Source: Phyllobates terribilis (lineage: Eukaryota). From it: a stretch of DNA of 64,000 nt. A model generated the notes under the pieces. It was not told the DNA's origin. It saw only the letters and a program-made list of their open reading frames with translations, and ran no database searches. A program made the translations under genes and the position numbers. The stretch lies in the NCBI RefSeq assembly GCF_046119375.1, contig NW_027362770.1, forward strand, positions 141,856,001 through 141,920,000. The letters are read 5' to 3'. This document shows, one piece after another, positions 60,761-64,000 of the stretch; position 1 is the stretch's first letter; the number at the start of each line of letters is the position of its first letter.

Positions 60761-63480
60761 TACATAAAATCACTCCGGGAAGGGGAGACTTGAGTACATT
60801 TGCGCAAAAATTTTAAAGTAACAATGCATGAATCAGTCAAAAACATTTAGAGTCTCCAAACCCCCTACCGCAATGGAGAACATAGAAAAATAAAATGTGA
60901 AGAACACATAAAATAGACTTTAAAAAAGGTGCAAATTAAAAGAAGAATAAAGCGCAAATGAAAAACAGACCAACAAATAGATTTAAAAAAAGCTGCAAAT
61001 GCAACAATGAATCTGATTTTGGGCATGCAAAGAAAAATTTTCTTTGACATTCCACTACTTTCATTTAGTTTAAAAATTGGCCCATCAAGGTCCTAACATA
61101 AAAAGAAATCACCCATTGGATCCCCATCGCTTATCCATACTTTTGCCAGTGTCCCCCGCCTGGCTCCATCCATCCTCTTCCGGCAGGGGGTATCAAGTCA
61201 GAGCTGCAGCCAATCAGCGGCCATTGATTAGCTGCAACATTTAGGTTCAGTCCAAGCCAGATGAAAGACCTAGAGGATTGTTCTCTCCCTGTACAATGGA
61301 ACATGACTACTGCAGCCAAACAGTGGCCGCTGATTGGCTGCAGCACTGACCCGCTGATTGGTTGCAGCACTGACCTGACACCAGAAGAAGAAGTCCAGGA
61401 GATCAGCGCCAAACATTGCTGTAAATTCTGGGGTCTAAAGGAAGATAATGACCTAGAGTGCTGAGTATATCCATCATGGGCATCGCAATCTTCTTCCAAG
61501 TTCTTGATCAAGTTCTTCATTTCTTTACCCCCACATGTGACAAGGTAAATGTTATAGTTACCTATTTGACCTAGCAGTAGGTTTTTTGAGTGTTGAACTT
61601 ACACAATTATCCCAAGAGTTAAGTTGCCTATACACATTAGATGGTCGGCTTGTCTTTTGGAAATGGAGTATGTTTTTGGTGGGGCTGAGTAACTAAGAAA
61701 AGCTCTTATATCTAGGACCAATGTTCACCGCAAATTCAAGATAGGACCCCAAGACTATAAAAAAAAAGCGATGCCGGCGCTACTAAGTTTTCCATTATGG
61801 AAAAAAAAAAAACTCTATCTAATAGCCAGCAGTAAGGTGTAAAAAATAAATGGTGCTCAATTTATACCCTTTACTGGGGCAACGAGAGTGCAAAATCAGC
61901 AGCAACCCTTGCTCCAAGGTCATTTGTACCAGAGAGGCAGACCATCCTGCTGCTATGATGTCCAGGGAAGAGAAGGCTCATCCTTGTGTGGCTTCAACCC
62001 TTTTACTGGATGTGTTGGGAATCACTCCAAACATGAAGGGAGTTGTCCAATGAAAACAAGTTAGCCCCTCTCCGTAGGAAAGGTGGGTCCAACCACCAGG
62101 ACCTGCACCGATTGGCGGAACGGGGAACTTTTAACCCCAGTAGAATGAAGCAACAGTGTGACATGTGACCATTGCTACATACGTTCCCTATAGGTCTGCT
62201 GTGCTCAGCTTTTCCCTGCAGCCCCATAGAGAATGAATGGAATGATGGTTAGGCGTCTGACCTGCCGCGCAAACTTGTAACGGGGATAAAAGTGCCCCTT
62301 AGGGGATAAAAATTCTCTGTTGTACCAATCGGTGTAGGTGCCAGCCCTCAGACACCCAGCAATCAGTAAGTTATCACCAATCCTGTCTCATATGTAACCT
62401 CAAAAAAGGGGAAAGATATGTATCAAATATCAGCTATATTCGTAATTAGCACAAATTTCCAAAAAAGGGAGACAGAGAAAGAGCTCTTAATGAAAATATA
62501 TGTTTATTATTCCATAATTAGAAGAACCATAAATTTTATACATTATATTAGTGGTGACTGGTAAGAGAAGCAAAACCAGGTTAGGCAGATGAAAAAACCC
62601 CGATGAAGGAGACCATATCCCCCATAGAAGAACACTACAACATTAGCAAATAATTGTATATGACAATACCGGTATATATCTGAATAAAGATTGCAAAAAG
62701 AATAGTAGTCCGATAATCAAATGTTATCTGATCCTGATGGGTTTGACCATATATTATGATATGGTCTGGCTATAATACCATTTAAATAGGGTACACCAAT
62801 GTTTAAAGCACGGTCTGCAGATAAGCAGGCATATGTGTCAAGTCCCTTTATAAAGCCAATAAGAAAACCATTCAGGATAAGCAATCACAAAAACGTTGTT
62901 ATGCGGTACATGTTTAAATGCATATGCTAGAACCATGTAACTCTAGTACTGTTCATAAATATAATGGTAGCTTTTACCTTGTGACATGTTGCATACAGTG
63001 TGCAGGCTCTGCCAGGAGGGAGCTGATAGCGCGCCTCGACGCGCGTTTCACCTTCTGATTTTGTACCTGACATGACTTCTTGGTTTTGACGACTCCTCTT
63101 GCCTCTGGTCACTTCTCCAGCCAGCAGCTCTTCTGTGGAAGTCCTGTTGTCTGACCTTGGCTTGTTTTTTGACCATCCACTTGCCTTCTGATTTTGTTTC
63201 TGACGTGTCTTCTTGGTTTTTACCTCGCGTGATGACTCTTCCTGTCTCTGGTTTGTTCCTCCGGCCAGCAGCCATTCCGTGGATGCAATCTAGTGGTCCC
63301 CGTTGTAAGACCAGGTCCATGGGTTGAAGGAGGAAGGTCGGGGATTCTCTGGAATCTGCCAGATGGAGTGGCTTGTATCAAGTCTGTCTGAGGTAGTCAG
63401 ACATCACGATTAGGTGGTGACTAGATTTAGTGAAAAATTTATTTGCATGTCCCATTCCATCAAAGTAAAGGGTGTACAAC

Positions 63481-63636
63481 TTCCGTGGAAGTCTTGTTGT
63501 ATGACCTTCCGTGGAAGTCTTGTTGTATGACCTTCCATGGAAGTCTTGTTGTATGACCTTCCGTGGAAGTCTTGTTGTATGACCTTCCGTGGAAGTCTTG
63601 TTGTATGACCTTCCGTGGAAGTCTTGTTGTATTACC
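63481..63636. repeat. 26-bp tandem repeat x6 (TTCCGTGGAAGTCTTGTTGTATGACC)
   Basis: Direct inspection. Confidence 0.95.
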
Positions 63637-64000
63637 TTGACTTGTATTTTGACCACAGGTGGCGACTGCAGTTCTTCTTTTGATTGGTGTAAAATAACAT
63701 GTGTGTCCCACCTCAACAGTGACATCTCCGCCTAGCTGGATAATCAAAAGAAGAGCCGCAGTTGATGGTTGGTAAAAAGCTACCTCTCCCATCCAGCGAC
63801 CACAGATTACTGTCGTGGCCAATGGAATGGGATGTGCAAATATTTTCGCGCAAACTCTAGTGGTGAGTCAATGACCATTTCAATCCTCACGTAATCCACA
63901 CTTCACTCTATAATACGCTGAAATGCCGATATGTCGATACGTGTCAAGTCTAGTGGTAAGTCGGTGACTATTTCAATCCTTACATACCCCCCCCCTTCAA

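Noticed and set aside
62460-63060. Possible Penelope-type tail with GAAACGCGCGTC on the minus strand (~63040-63051)
   Set aside because: The upstream CUGANGA core and stem II are missing, so neither a ribozyme nor a family can be supported.

Overview
Repeat-dense eukaryotic (vertebrate) DNA, probably from a frog; this is an inference from the T2/Kolobok-type, hAT and Tc1 MITE content. No host gene could be recognised with confidence, and there is one 497-N assembly gap. The main signal is a lineage of non-autonomous LTR retroelements with ~1.0-1.35 kb TG..CA LTRs, 4-bp TSDs, an 18-nt tRNA-Ser PBS and a PPT. These elements carry no pol and no recognisable gag motif. Instead they have one long ORF ending in a cold-shock domain (CSD). 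The window holds three internal-sequence-bearing copies: 33152-37988 (+), full length with identical-looking LTRs; 38296-40763 (-), 5'-deleted with a diverged CSD about 55% identical to the first; and 42273-46685 (+), which has lost the CSD by an in-frame deletion. It also holds a 3' LTR at 494-1519, a solo LTR at 54134-55343 and a related LTR nested in inverted orientation inside another at 7763-10471. All these LTRs share a covarying 7-bp hairpin at their first base and a second tRNA-Ser-complementary motif inside U5. Other contents are an apparently intact 8.7-kb hAT transposon (1131-aa BED/DDE transposase, perfect 8-bp TSD) inserted in a decayed Tc1, a DD38E-type Tc1/mariner remnant and its MITE, and a 29-bp satellite with a fold-back inversion. 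There are also several minisatellites and MITEs, and a palindrome carrying a hammerhead-like motif. Coordinates and identities were counted by hand.
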